A stretch of 64,000 nt of DNA from positions 26,973 to 90,972 of the forward strand of contig JAJZLY010000007.1 of the NCBI GenBank assembly GCA_021850485.1, given 5' to 3'. Under the pieces are notes generated by a model, which was not told where the DNA came from, did no database searches, and saw nothing but the letters and a program-made list of their open reading frames with translations. This DNA is from Bacillota bacterium. Its GTDB lineage: Bacteria > Bacillota > Sulfobacillia > JAJZYS01 > JAJZLH01. Below, in pieces: positions 30,287-40,312 of this stretch (position 1 is the stretch's first letter; each line of letters opens with the position of its first letter). Made by a program: the position numbers and the translations under genes.

Positions 30287-30751
30287 CTACCTCGGGCGCT
30301 TCATCGCCCGCTGGATCGAACGCTCGGCGTCGCGCTCGGCGATCGCCCTGCGCTTATCATAAGCCTTCTTGCCCTGGCCGAGAGCGATCTCCAACTTGGC
30401 CAGCCCGAACCGGTTGAAGTACAGCCGGATCGGCACCAGGGTCATACCCTGGCGGCCCACTGCCACCTGCAGGTCGCGCAGTTCGCGCTTATGCAGGAGC
30501 AATTTGCGGGTGCGGGTGGGGTCGTGATTGAACAACCCAGCCCGCTCATACGGAGCGATGTGCGCCCCCAGCAAAAATGCCTCACCGTCTTTGAGGATGG
30601 CGTAGGCCTCTTGCAGTTGCGCCTTGCCTTGGCGCAGGGATTTCACTTCGCTGCCGGTCAACGCCATGCCGGCCTCGTAGTGCTCACCGAGGTGGTAGTC
30701 GAAGCGGGCGCGCCGATTCTCGGCCACCTGGCCGGACTGCCGCTGCGCCAT
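30287..30751 (-). CDS. smpB: SsrA-binding protein
   Basis: VAENRRARFDYHLGEHYEAGMALTGSEVKSLR... is canonical SmpB. Confidence 0.9.
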   Translation of the reverse strand: MAQRQSGQVAENRRARFDYHLGEHYEAGMALTGSEVKSLRQGKAQLQEAYAILKDGEAFLLGAHIAPYERAGLFNHDPTRTRKLLLHKRELRDLQVAVGRQGMTLVPIRLYFNRFGLAKLEIALGQGKKAYDKRRAIAERDAERSIQRAMKRPR

Positions 30752-30837
30752 CTGCTCACCCCATCTTCAGGAATTCGGACCAACAAAACGGGGCCCCGGC
30801 TGTGCCGGCGCCCCCAGGACTCGGCTCAAGGCGATGC

Positions 30838-31062
30838 CTAGGTCCAGAGGCGGGCCAAAATGTAGGTAAGGGCCACAAACACCACGGCCAGGATACCGGT
30901 CAGTCGGCCGAGCGCCTCGTCCAGACCTTTTTGTTGCCCAAAGAAGAATTCGGCGCCGCCGGCGCCCGCTCCGGTGAATCCCGAAAAACCGGCGCCCCGG
31001 CCGGACTGCAACAAAATGGTGATGACCACGGCCAAACCGACCACAATCTGAGCTGCTAGCAA
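30838..31062 (-). CDS. secG: Preprotein translocase subunit SecG
   Basis: 74 aa: two TM helices and a glycine-rich loop (GRGAGFSGFTGAGAGGAEFFFG). Confidence 0.75.
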   Translation of the reverse strand: MLAAQIVVGLAVVITILLQSGRGAGFSGFTGAGAGGAEFFFGQQKGLDEALGRLTGILAVVFVALTYILARLWT

Positions 31063-31113
31063 AATAGTGTTCAGACCATCCCCCGCCCTTCGCGGCTGAT
31101 CGTATCACCAGCC

Positions 31114-32379
31114 CTAGCCGAACACAAGCCGCCCGGCGTATGCGAGATCAGGTGCCTGCTCAGCGATTCTCAGGAGCCGGTTGTACTTGGCCAGGCGTTC
31201 TTGGCGACAAGGGGCGCCGGTTTTGATCTGTCCAGCGCCGGTGGCCACGGTGAGGTCGGCGATAAACGTGTCCTCGGTGTCCCCGGAACGATGCGAAACC
31301 ACCGACCGATAACCCAGCTGACGGGCGGCGGTGATCGTGCTCATCGTTTCGCTGAGCGTGCCCACCTGGTTCGGTTTGATCAAGATGGCATTGGCGATGT
31401 GGTCCTGCGCGCCTTGGCGCAGGCGCTCGGCATTGGTCACGAAGTTGTCGTCGCCAATCAGCTGCAGCTGGGATCCGAGCTCAGCCGTGACCGCCTGCCA
31501 TCCCAAGGTGTCGTCCTCATCCATCGGGTCTTCGATCGACACCAAGGGGAAGCGGCGGCTCCAGGTGGCATACTGCCCAATCAGAGCCTTGGCGCTGATC
31601 GTCGATCCACTCAGGCGATAGCCGTCGGCTTGGCGCATCTCGCTGGCCGCCGGATCAAGGGCCAAGGACACCTGGTCACCGGGCTGGAAGCCCGCCCGCT
31701 CCACAGCCTGTAACAGCAGCTGCAACGCTTCCTCGTCATCGGACAGATCCGGCGCAAACCCACCCTCGTCGCCAACGGCGGTGCGCTGGCCAATCAGCAT
31801 CAGTTCGCGGCGCAACGCCTGGTAGACCTCCACGCCGGCGGCCAGGGCCTCCTGAAAGCTATCAAAGCCATGGGGGACGATCAGGAATTCTTGGATCTCC
31901 AGGCGGTTGTCGGCGTGGCGGCCGCCATTGAGCACATTGAGCAGCGGCACCGGCAGCGACATCTCCTGATCGGCTTTGGCCAGATAACGGTGCAACGGCA
32001 GGTGGTGGGAGTGGGCGGCCGCCCTGGCCACGGCCAAACTCGCCCCCAGGACGGCGTTTGCCCCAAGCCGGCTCTTATTCGGGGTCCCGTCCAGCTCGAT
32101 CAGGCAACGATCGACCGCCTGCTGATCGTCCGCCTCCAAGTTGCGCAGGGCGGCGCAGATCTCGCCGTCAACATTGGCCAGGGCGTGTCGAACGCCCTTT
32201 CCGCCAAAGGCCTTACCACCGTCGCGCAGTTCTACCGCCTCGTAGCGACCGGTCGAAGCCCCAGAGGGCACGGCGGCTCGGCCGGTGGTCCCGTCTTGCA
32301 GCACCACGTCGACCTCAATGGTCGGATTGCCTCTAGAGTCGTAGATCTGACGGCCGTGAACCTGTTGAATTTTCGCCAC
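31114..32379 (-). CDS. eno: Enolase
   Basis: MAKIQQVHGRQIYDSRGNPTIEVDV...SHRSGDTEDTFIADL is canonical. Confidence 0.95.
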   Translation of the reverse strand: MAKIQQVHGRQIYDSRGNPTIEVDVVLQDGTTGRAAVPSGASTGRYEAVELRDGGKAFGGKGVRHALANVDGEICAALRNLEADDQQAVDRCLIELDGTPNKSRLGANAVLGASLAVARAAAHSHHLPLHRYLAKADQEMSLPVPLLNVLNGGRHADNRLEIQEFLIVPHGFDSFQEALAAGVEVYQALRRELMLIGQRTAVGDEGGFAPDLSDDEEALQLLLQAVERAGFQPGDQVSLALDPAASEMRQADGYRLSGSTISAKALIGQYATWSRRFPLVSIEDPMDEDDTLGWQAVTAELGSQLQLIGDDNFVTNAERLRQGAQDHIANAILIKPNQVGTLSETMSTITAARQLGYRSVVSHRSGDTEDTFIADLTVATGAGQIKTGAPCRQERLAKYNRLLRIAEQAPDLAYAGRLVFG

Positions 32380-32392
32380 CGAATCAGCCTCC

Positions 32393-33874
32393 TCAGGAGT
32401 TGGGCGAAGAGAGCAGGGAGCGGCCGGTCATGACGTCTGGCTTGGGCAGGCCCAACAGTTCGAGCACGGTTGGGGCCACATCTTGGAGCTGACCCGGATG
32501 CAGCGTCGCCTGGGGCATGCCGATCAATACGGCTGGTACCAAATTGGCCGTGTGCGCTGTGTGTGGGCCACCGGTTTGCGGATCGATCATCATCTCGACA
32601 TTCCCATGGTCGGCGATCACCAGTGCGACGCCTCGTTGCTGTGCGACTGCGGCCAGCAGCCGACCCAGCTCGCGGTCCACCGCCTCCACCGCCAAGATGG
32701 CGGCACCAATGTTCCCGGTGTGGCCGACCATATCCGGGTTGGCGTAGTTCAGCACCAGCAGGTCCGCTCCTTCCTGGAGTGCCGCGACCCCGGCGTCAGT
32801 CACCGCCGGCGCTGACATCTCCGGCTGCAGATCGTAGGTGCTTACCCTCGGCGATGGCACCACCTGGCGCACTTCGCCCAAGAACGCATCCTCTCGCCCA
32901 CCGTCCAGAAAGTAGGTGACATGAGCGTACTTCTCGGTCTCCGCCACCCTGGCCTGGCGAAGCCCGGCAGCACTGACCTCCTGCCCCAAGGTATGGTCCA
33001 GTCCTGGGTTCGAAAAGACCGACGTGGCTCGCAGCTCCTGCTCCTCATAACGGGTCAGCGTGGTGAGGTCGAAGGTGCCGAGCGGCCGCGAAAAGTGCAA
33101 GAACTCGGCGTCGGTGAGGGCATGGCTCATCTCTCTGGCCCGGTCTGCCCGGAAATTCACGAACAAGAACTGATCGCCGGGCTTTGCCCCCTGGTATTCT
33201 CCGACTGCAACCGGCTCGATGAACTCGTCGGTCAACCCGGCGCCATAGCTTTCCTCGAGTGCTTCCTGCCAGGTGCTGCGGCGCTCGCCCAGGCCGTCGA
33301 CGATCGTCCTGTAGGCGCGTTCGATGCGCGGCCAGCGGTGGTCGCGATCCATGGCGTAATAGCGCCCGCCCAGGGTGGCGACTTGAAAGTCCGGCCAGTT
33401 GACGGCCCCCTGCAGATCGGTGGCAGCAGCGTCTGGGGCCACATCTCGGCCGTCCGTGAACAGGTGGTAAAAGGTCTCACCACGGCCCGCCCGACCCTCG
33501 ACAATCGCTTGCCAGTGGCGCAGGGTGCTGTGCACGCCACCGTCTGAGAACAAGCCCATGACATGGAGCCGCGGCGCCCTCAGCACTTCAACTAGCCCCG
33601 GCAGGCCCAGAAAGCTGCCGTCAGCGATGGCCAAATCGATGCGGCGCACGTCAGACATGATCACCCGGCCAGCACCAATATGCATGTGTCCGACGTTGGA
33701 GTTGCCAGCTTGACCAAGCGGCAGCCCCACCGCCACACCGGAGGCTTCCAGGGTGGTCCTGGGCATCGTACTGAGGCTGTCCCAGACTGGCAGGTGGGCC
33801 AAGGATATGGCGTTTCCCGGGTCAGGCTCAGCGATGCCCCAGCCGTCTAGCACGATCAGTGCCACCGGTCTCAT
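32393..33874 (-). CDS. gpmI: 2,3-bisphosphoglycerate-independent phosphoglycerate mutase
   Basis: MRPVALIVLDGWG... is the iPGM N-terminus; metal-binding motifs are present. Confidence 0.9.
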   Translation of the reverse strand: MRPVALIVLDGWGIAEPDPGNAISLAHLPVWDSLSTMPRTTLEASGVAVGLPLGQAGNSNVGHMHIGAGRVIMSDVRRIDLAIADGSFLGLPGLVEVLRAPRLHVMGLFSDGGVHSTLRHWQAIVEGRAGRGETFYHLFTDGRDVAPDAAATDLQGAVNWPDFQVATLGGRYYAMDRDHRWPRIERAYRTIVDGLGERRSTWQEALEESYGAGLTDEFIEPVAVGEYQGAKPGDQFLFVNFRADRAREMSHALTDAEFLHFSRPLGTFDLTTLTRYEEQELRATSVFSNPGLDHTLGQEVSAAGLRQARVAETEKYAHVTYFLDGGREDAFLGEVRQVVPSPRVSTYDLQPEMSAPAVTDAGVAALQEGADLLVLNYANPDMVGHTGNIGAAILAVEAVDRELGRLLAAVAQQRGVALVIADHGNVEMMIDPQTGGPHTAHTANLVPAVLIGMPQATLHPGQLQDVAPTVLELLGLPKPDVMTGRSLLSSPNS

Positions 33875-34626
33875 GGTGCCAGCGCCCCTGCCACCTCTGC
33901 CATCAGCGTACAGAACACCTCGGCATCGAGGCTTCCGGAACCGACCAAGACCCCATCCAGGTGGGCCGTGGTCACAAAACCGCTGATGTTCTCTTGAACC
34001 ACCGAACCTCCGTACACGATCGGCAACTCGATGCCAGTGCCATACAGCCGATGCACCACCTGGCGGATGATCTCCGCCGCCCGCTCAGCCTCCACCACCG
34101 TGGCCGACCGACCGGTGCCAATGGCCCACACCGGCTCGTAGGCCATCACGATGCGGGCCACCTGCTCTGCCTCAAGCCCCTTCAGGGCGACACCCATCTG
34201 GCGCTGGATGGCGCCGTGATAGTCCGCCCGCTCGTAGTCCTCGATCTGCTCACCGACACACAGCAGGGGAACCAACCCGGCGTCCAGGGCAGCTCTAAGC
34301 CGCATCCCCACCTCGCGGTCGGTTTCGCCGAAGATCTGGCGCCGCTCGGAATGGCCGACCAGGACGTAGCGGCAGCCTGCGGCGACCAGCATCTGGGGCG
34401 AGATTTCGCCGGTATAGGCTCCTGCCGACTCGTAGAACAGATTCTGCCCACCCAGTTGAAGCGGCCGGCCGGCAACGGTCTGGCGGACCGCGGTCAGGGC
34501 GGTGGCCGGCGGAAAGGCCACCGCTTCGATGCCTTGGGGCAGGCGCTGGCACACGGCCTCGGTCCAGGCCACGGCTTCGGCCTCGCCCTTATACATCTTC
34601 CAGTTAGCGGCCACCATCGGGGTCAT
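33871..34626 (-). CDS. tpiA: Triosephosphate isomerase
   Basis: MTPMVAANWKMYK...VGHSERR...AYEPVWAIGTG. ATG 34624-34626 after AAGGTGA; the ORF-track extension is rejected. Confidence 0.9.
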   Translation of the reverse strand: MTPMVAANWKMYKGEAEAVAWTEAVCQRLPQGIEAVAFPPATALTAVRQTVAGRPLQLGGQNLFYESAGAYTGEISPQMLVAAGCRYVLVGHSERRQIFGETDREVGMRLRAALDAGLVPLLCVGEQIEDYERADYHGAIQRQMGVALKGLEAEQVARIVMAYEPVWAIGTGRSATVVEAERAAEIIRQVVHRLYGTGIELPIVYGGSVVQENISGFVTTAHLDGVLVGSGSLDAEVFCTLMAEVAGALAP

Positions 34627-34630
34627 GACG

Positions 34631-35794
34631 TCACCTTTCTTCCAGTGCTTGCAATCCGGGCAAGATCTCGCCCTCCAGATAGGTGAGCGAGGCGCCGCCG
34701 CCCGTCGACAGATGGCTGACCGCGCCTTCCAGGCCCAGCCGTCGGATGGCGGCCAGGGAGTCACCGCCGCCCACCACCGACATGCCCGTCATCTCGCCTA
34801 TTGTTCGGGCGAGCGTAGCCGTCCCATGGTCGAACGGAGGGCGCTCGTACAAACCCATCGGGCCGTTCCAAAACAGTCGGCCCAGCCCCAGCACGATTGG
34901 CCGCCAGGCCTGGAGCGTTCGCTCTCCCACATCCATGATCCTGGCATCTGCCGAAACCTCCGTCACCGCAACCTCATCTACCTGGCCAGCTGCCTCCACC
35001 ACCACGGTGTCGGGGAGGTGAATCACCTCTGGCCAAGACTCGAGCAACGCGGCAGCGCTGTCCAACTCAGCAGGCTCGTACAGGCTTGACCCCACGGCCA
35101 GGCCGCTGGCGGCTAAGAACGTGTTGGCCAAGGCGCCGCCGAGGAAGACGGTGTTGACCTCCGGCAGCAGTCGACGCAACAGGGGCAGCTTGTCTTTCAT
35201 CTTGGCGCCGCCGACGGCCAGTCCAAAGGGGCGGCGAGGATCGCTCAGAAGCAGATCCAGAGCCCGCACCTCTGCCGCCACCAGCGGGCCAGCGCAAGCA
35301 GGCAGCAGGCGCGTGATAGCGACCGTGGAGGCGTGGGCGCGGTGCAAGGTGCCGAAGGCATCTTGCACGAAGCCGTCGTGGCCAAAGGCCAGGCGAATCG
35401 CGAAATCCGGGTCATTGGTCTCCTCGCCGGGATCAAATCGCAAGTTCTCGGCCAACAAGACGGCACCCGGGTCGGCACTCACCGCCTGGCGGTAGGTCGA
35501 GTCACCGGGGACCCCAGGGACGAAGGTGACCGGCTGGCCCAGGTGGCGGCTCACGACCTCTGCGAGTGGCTGAAGGCTGAAGGCACCATGGGGCCGCCCG
35601 GCGGGCCGGCCCAGGTGAGAGATCAAGGTGATGCCGACCTTGCGCTCGAGCAGGGCCCGCACGGTCGGGAGGGCCGCCTGGATGCGAAAGTCATCGGCCA
35701 CCTGGCCATCGGTCAGGGGCACATTGAAGTCCACTCGCACCAATACCCGGCGCATGGCTGCAGGAAGTTGCTCCAGGCTGGGAAGTTGCCTCAC
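34631..35794 (-). CDS. pgk: Phosphoglycerate kinase
   Basis: RVLVRVDFNVP... plus the C-terminal nucleotide-binding motifs. Start probably GTG 35792-35794, overlapping the gap TGA (GTGA); alternative ATG at 35755. Confidence 0.85.
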   Translation of the reverse strand: MRQLPSLEQLPAAMRRVLVRVDFNVPLTDGQVADDFRIQAALPTVRALLERKVGITLISHLGRPAGRPHGAFSLQPLAEVVSRHLGQPVTFVPGVPGDSTYRQAVSADPGAVLLAENLRFDPGEETNDPDFAIRLAFGHDGFVQDAFGTLHRAHASTVAITRLLPACAGPLVAAEVRALDLLLSDPRRPFGLAVGGAKMKDKLPLLRRLLPEVNTVFLGGALANTFLAASGLAVGSSLYEPAELDSAAALLESWPEVIHLPDTVVVEAAGQVDEVAVTEVSADARIMDVGERTLQAWRPIVLGLGRLFWNGPMGLYERPPFDHGTATLARTIGEMTGMSVVGGGDSLAAIRRLGLEGAVSHLSTGGGASLTYLEGEILPGLQALEER

Positions 35795-36804
35795 AGCAGC
35801 CCGTCTGCGTGGGCGGCCAGGTCGATCAGACGCTGGGCGTACGCCCACTCGTTGTCGTACCAGGCGAACACCTTGACCATCGTCCCAACGGTCAGGGTCA
35901 AGGCCGAGTCGACCACCGCTGAGTGTGGGTTTTGCCGAAAATCGATTGATACCAAGGGTTCGTCCTCCACCGCCAACACGCCGGCCAAGTCATCTGCCGC
36001 CGCCGACCGGAAAGCGGCATTGATCTCTGCGGCGGAGACGGCTTGGCGCAGCTCTGCGGTCAGATCGATGATCGACACCGACGGCGTTGGTACCCGCAGG
36101 GAAAGGCCGGTCACCCGTCCGGCCAGCTCCGGCAACACCCGTGCCACCGCCAAGGCCGCACCGGTGGAGGTCGGGATGATGCTCTCCGGAGCCGCCCGCG
36201 CTCTGCGTAGGTCGCGGTGGCTGCCATCGACCAGGGCCTGGTCGCGGGTGTAGCTGTGCACCGTGGTGAGCAGCGCCCGCTCCACGCCGAAGGTGCGGTC
36301 CAACACGGCCAACACCGGTACCAGGGCGTTGGTGGTGCATGACCCGGCAGAGATCACGTGGTGGCTGGCAGGGGTGAACTGGCTGTGATTGACGCCATAG
36401 ACCACCATCAGATCATCGTCTTTGGCGGGCGCCGAAATGATCACCAGTTTGGCACCGGCCGCCAGGTGGCCGGCTGCCTCGGCGCGTTTACGAAACTTCG
36501 GCGTGCACTCCAAGACGATAGCCACATCTTCGCTGCGCCAGGGAATGCGACTGGGATCGAGTTCCGAACTGACCGGCACCCGGACGCCGTCGACGACTAG
36601 GGCGTGCTCTTCTGCCAGTACACTTCCCGGGTAGCGGCCATAGGTGGAATCGTGCGCCAGCAGGTGAGCCATCATGGCTGGCGGCTGGGTGTGATTTACC
36701 GCCAGGCGCTGGCGCCACTTGGGGTCTTGCAGGGCGATGCGCAACGCCCGCCTGCCAATGCTTCCAAAGCCGTTGATGCCGAGCCGATGGCTGACCACGG
36801 GCAT
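35791..36804 (-). CDS. gap: Type I glyceraldehyde-3-phosphate dehydrogenase
   Basis: LGINGFGSIGRR... and the active-site region SAGSCTTNALVP. Confidence 0.95.
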   Translation of the reverse strand: MPVVSHRLGINGFGSIGRRALRIALQDPKWRQRLAVNHTQPPAMMAHLLAHDSTYGRYPGSVLAEEHALVVDGVRVPVSSELDPSRIPWRSEDVAIVLECTPKFRKRAEAAGHLAAGAKLVIISAPAKDDDLMVVYGVNHSQFTPASHHVISAGSCTTNALVPVLAVLDRTFGVERALLTTVHSYTRDQALVDGSHRDLRRARAAPESIIPTSTGAALAVARVLPELAGRVTGLSLRVPTPSVSIIDLTAELRQAVSAAEINAAFRSAAADDLAGVLAVEDEPLVSIDFRQNPHSAVVDSALTLTVGTMVKVFAWYDNEWAYAQRLIDLAAHADGLL

Positions 36805-36899
36805 GCCTCCCCAGTCTTGCAGGCGGACGGCTCTATTATAGCCAAACGCCCACCGCTCAAGTGCTGGTGGACGAGTGGCCGCAGCGGTATTCGATGGTC

Positions 36900-38321
36900 T
36901 TAGATGTCGTAGTACAACTGAAACTCGTACGGCGTTGGTCTGAGCCCGACCGGGTGCACCTCGTGGCTCATCTTGTAGTCGATCCAGGCCTCGATCAAGT
37001 CGGCGCTGAACACGCCGCCGTGCAAGAGGAAGGCATGGTCCCGCTTCAACTCGGCCAATGCCTCTGCCAGAGAGCCTGGTACCGAGCGGATCTTCTTGCG
37101 GTCCCGGGCGCTCAGGTGGTAGATGTTCTTGTCGAGCGGGCCCATGCCCAATTTGCGCGGATCGATTTGATTGCGGATGCCATCCAGCCCGGCCATCAGC
37201 ATGGCGGCGAAGGCCAGGTACGGATTACCGGTGGAATCTGGCGTGCGAAATTCAATGCGGCTGCTCTTGGCGGATACGGCCGAAATGGGAATTCGCACCG
37301 CTGCCGAGCGGTTGCCTTTGGCGAACACCAGATCGGTCGGCGCTTCATACCCAGGCACCAGGCGGCGAAAGGAGTTGGTGGAGGCGTTGCACAGCCCCAC
37401 CAACGCCGGCGCGTGGCGCAAGATGCCGCCGATATAGAAGAGGGCGGTGTCACTCATCTGGCCGTAGCCCCTGTCGTCGAAGAAGAGCGGTGTCTTCCCC
37501 TTCCACAGGGACTGGTGGGTGTGCATGCCCGAGCCGTTGTCGCCGAACAATGGCTTGGGCATGAAGGTGGCACTGCGCCCGTTTTCCACGGCCGTGTTCT
37601 TGACCACGTACTTGAACGCAAGCACATTGTCTGCGGTCTTCACCAAGGTGTCATAGGCGAAGCCGATCTCGCTTTGGCCAGCGGTGGCCACCTCGTGGTG
37701 ATGGCGCTCGACCCGGATCCCGATCGCTTCCAGGTGGAGCACCATCTCGGAGCGCAGGTCGCTGAGGGCATCCAGTGGCGGCACTGGCGCATAGCCCTCT
37801 TTCGCTCTGATCCGGTACCCGGGCCGGCTGCTGGCGTCGCCGCTGGACCACTGGGATTCCTCGCCGTCCAGGGAGAAGAAACTGGCGTGCGGACTGTTGT
37901 CAAAGCGCACATCGTCGAAGACGAAGAACTCGAGCTCCGGTCCGAAATACGCCCGGTCGGCAATCCCTGAGGCCTGCAAAAAAGCCTCGGCTCGCTTGGC
38001 AACACCGCGTGGGTCCCGGCTGTATGGGCGCAGGGCCGGATCCAAAACGTCGGCCACCAGCGACAAGGTGGCGTGGCTGTGGAAGGGGTCGATAAAGGCG
38101 CTCTGCGGGTCTGGCATCAAGATCATGTCGGACTCTTCAATCTCCCGAAATCCACGCAACGAGGACCCGTCAAACGGCAGTCCGGCAGTGAAGCTACTGG
38201 CATCCAGCTCTCGGGCTGGCAAGGTGACATGGTGCCAGGATCCCGGCAGGTCCGTAAACTTGAGGTCGACAAACTCAATTTTGTCCCGGGCGATTGTCTC
38301 CAGTACTTCGGACGCGTTCAC
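36900..38321 (-). CDS. glnA: Glutamine synthetase type I
   Basis: GSI-alpha signatures including the adenylylation-free region and the GS ATP motif. GTG start overlaps the glnR TGA. Confidence 0.95.
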   Translation of the reverse strand: MNASEVLETIARDKIEFVDLKFTDLPGSWHHVTLPARELDASSFTAGLPFDGSSLRGFREIEESDMILMPDPQSAFIDPFHSHATLSLVADVLDPALRPYSRDPRGVAKRAEAFLQASGIADRAYFGPELEFFVFDDVRFDNSPHASFFSLDGEESQWSSGDASSRPGYRIRAKEGYAPVPPLDALSDLRSEMVLHLEAIGIRVERHHHEVATAGQSEIGFAYDTLVKTADNVLAFKYVVKNTAVENGRSATFMPKPLFGDNGSGMHTHQSLWKGKTPLFFDDRGYGQMSDTALFYIGGILRHAPALVGLCNASTNSFRRLVPGYEAPTDLVFAKGNRSAAVRIPISAVSAKSSRIEFRTPDSTGNPYLAFAAMLMAGLDGIRNQIDPRKLGMGPLDKNIYHLSARDRKKIRSVPGSLAEALAELKRDHAFLLHGGVFSADLIEAWIDYKMSHEVHPVGLRPTPYEFQLYYDI

Positions 38322-38662
38322 GAATCGTCCCCCTCGTGTTGATGTTCGGCCACCAGTCGTTCCATCTCCGCCCGATCCAGCACCGGGTACAGGCTTCTCG
38401 GCAGCTGGACCTGCGGCCGCTTGCGCTCCTGCTGGTCCTCAGCCGGATCGCCGCTGAGGCGAAGCCGGGCAGCATCCAGGCCGAGCCCCTGCTGCAGGAG
38501 ATCGCGGACTTGGACCAACCGTCTGATGTCCTCCAGACGATATGCTCGCTGTCCGCCACCGGACCGCACAGGCGATACCAATCCATAGGCCTCATAGTGC
38601 CGGATCTGCCGGGCGCTGAGCCCAGTCCGCTCCATCGCTATCCGCATCGGGAACAGCGCCAT
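38318..38662 (-). CDS. glnR: MerR-family nitrogen regulator GlnR
   Basis: MALFPMRIAMERTGLSARQIRHYEAYGLV is a MerR HTH matching the GlnR/TnrA N-terminus. Gene sits immediately upstream of glnA and is translationally coupled to it. ATG 38660-38662 after GGAGGTGA. Confidence 0.8.
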   Translation of the reverse strand: MALFPMRIAMERTGLSARQIRHYEAYGLVSPVRSGGGQRAYRLEDIRRLVQVRDLLQQGLGLDAARLRLSGDPAEDQQERKRPQVQLPRSLYPVLDRAEMERLVAEHQHEGDDS

Positions 38663-38706
38663 GCTGTCACCTCCCTGGGCCAAAGCCTAGGGAGAAGAGC
38701 GACCCA

Positions 38707-38734
38707 TGTCAATGTTGTGTTAGCTTTTTTAACA
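38707..38734. promoter_or_regulatory. GlnR/TnrA operator (TGTTA-N7-TAACA) abutting a TTGACA -35 element of the glnRA promoter
   Basis: TGTTAGCTTTTTTAACA at 38718-38734 is a perfect match to the TGTNA-N7-TNACA consensus. On the gene strand it is followed after 5 nt by TTGACA (38707-38712), about 45-72 nt upstream of the glnR ATG. Confidence 0.7.
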
Positions 38735-38789
38735 TTATCCGCAATATTCCTGACATTGCCGTGCGGTGGTGTCAGATTTCTGTGATCGC

Positions 38790-39452
38790 TCAGGCGTTGA
38801 GGTCGACCCGCTCCCCGGTCACCATGTAGACGATCCACTCGCCGAAGTTGGTGGCGTGATCCCCAACTCGCTCCAGATACTGGGCCACCAAAAGCAGGTA
38901 AGCGCCCTGACGGGTTTTGTCCGGACTCTCGATCATCTGGGCGAGCAGATCCCGAAACACCTGTGAGTACAGGTGATCCACCTGGTCGTCGAGTCCCATC
39001 ACCTCTCTGGCCAGAGCCGGATCGCGGCGTACATAGGCGCTCAGACACTCTCGGATCATCCGCCGGACCACCGCCGCCATCTCCGGGATGTCGATCAAGG
39101 GCTTGATCAGGGGCTCAGCATCCAGCCGGACCACCACCTTGGCGATGTCGACCGCGTGGTCGCCGATCCGCTCAATGTCGGTGACCAGTTTGAGTGCTGT
39201 TCCCAGCATCCTGAGGTCTCCGGCCAGCGGTTGGTGGAGGGCGATCAAGGTGAGGCAGGTCTGTTCGATGGCGATCTCCATGCGGTCCAGTTCGTCGTCG
39301 CCGGCGATCACTCGCTGTGCGGCCTCGATATCTCCTGTGGCCAGGGCGCGCACGGCCTGATCCAGCGCCTGTTCGACAATCGTGCCCATCTTCAGCACAT
39401 CTTGCTGCAAGGACTCCAACTGGTCGTGAAACGGAGACGGTCGCATCGACAT
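38790..39452 (-). CDS. phoU: Phosphate signalling complex protein PhoU
   Basis: Two PhoU repeats with conserved E/DxxxD motifs; sits directly after pstB. Confidence 0.85.
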   Translation of the reverse strand: MSMRPSPFHDQLESLQQDVLKMGTIVEQALDQAVRALATGDIEAAQRVIAGDDELDRMEIAIEQTCLTLIALHQPLAGDLRMLGTALKLVTDIERIGDHAVDIAKVVVRLDAEPLIKPLIDIPEMAAVVRRMIRECLSAYVRRDPALAREVMGLDDQVDHLYSQVFRDLLAQMIESPDKTRQGAYLLLVAQYLERVGDHATNFGEWIVYMVTGERVDLNA

Positions 39453-39463
39453 GACCCTTCCCC

Positions 39464-40291
39464 CTATCCAAATCGACCGGTTAGATAATCTTCAGTCCGC
39501 TTGTCCCTGGGTGCCGTGAACAGGTCAGAGGTGGTGCCGGCTTCCACCAACTCCCCGGATAGGAAAAAGGCGGCGTGCTGGGAGACGCGCGAGGCTTGTT
39601 GCAGGTTATGGGTCACGATCACGATCGTGTAAGACGTCTTCAACTGGTGGACCAATTCTTCGATGCGGGCCGTGGCAATGGGATCGAGGGCAGAGGCCGG
39701 CTCGTCCATCAGCAAGATCTCCGGCCCAACCGCCAGTGCCCTGGCGATGCACAGCCGCTGCTGCTGGCCGCCGGACAGGGTGTAGGCCGAGCGGTGCAGC
39801 TTGTCCTTCACCTCATCCCAAAGCGCCGCCTGGCGCAGGCTCTTCTCCACGATGTCAGCCAACTCCGCTGGCTTGCGCTGGCCGTGAATGCGCGGCCCAT
39901 AGGCGACATTTTCGAAGATGGAACGGGGAAAGGGGTTGGGCTTTTGAAAGACCATCCCCACCCGTTTGCGCAAAGTGGCCACGTCCATGGCGCCGTATAC
40001 GTCCACCCCGTCAACCAGCACCTCGCCCGACATCCGAGCGCCCGGAATCACGTCGTTCATGCGGTTGATGGTGCGCAGAAACGACGACTTGCCACAGCCA
40101 GACGGTCCGACCAGCGCTGTGACCAAACCGGACATCACCTGCAGGTTGATCCCCTTCAGGGCCTGCACCTGTCCGTAGAACAGGTCCAGGTGGCGGACCT
40201 CAATCCGCAGCGTCTGGTCCGCCAACGGATGGCCCCCTTTGCGACCAGTTTCATCCTCAAGTATCATGATCAACCGCAGAACAGGGCACAA
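39464..40291 (-). CDS. pstB: Phosphate ABC transporter ATP-binding protein PstB
   Basis: Walker A GPSGCGKS and signature [14 protein letters not shown], which is PstB-specific. Start uncertain (TTG 40289-40291 or ATG 40265-40267). Confidence 0.85.
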   Translation of the reverse strand: MCPVLRLIMILEDETGRKGGHPLADQTLRIEVRHLDLFYGQVQALKGINLQVMSGLVTALVGPSGCGKSSFLRTINRMNDVIPGARMSGEVLVDGVDVYGAMDVATLRKRVGMVFQKPNPFPRSIFENVAYGPRIHGQRKPAELADIVEKSLRQAALWDEVKDKLHRSAYTLSGGQQQRLCIARALAVGPEILLMDEPASALDPIATARIEELVHQLKTSYTIVIVTHNLQQASRVSQHAAFFLSGELVEAGTTSDLFTAPRDKRTEDYLTGRFG

Positions 40292-40312
40292 GACAACGGC
40301 ACGGTCAGTATC

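Noticed and set aside
30767-31108. 113-aa minus-strand ORF overlapping secG in another frame.
   Set aside because: SecG (74 aa, glycine-rich loop, two TM helices) is the recognisable product; the alternative is Arg/Gly-rich.
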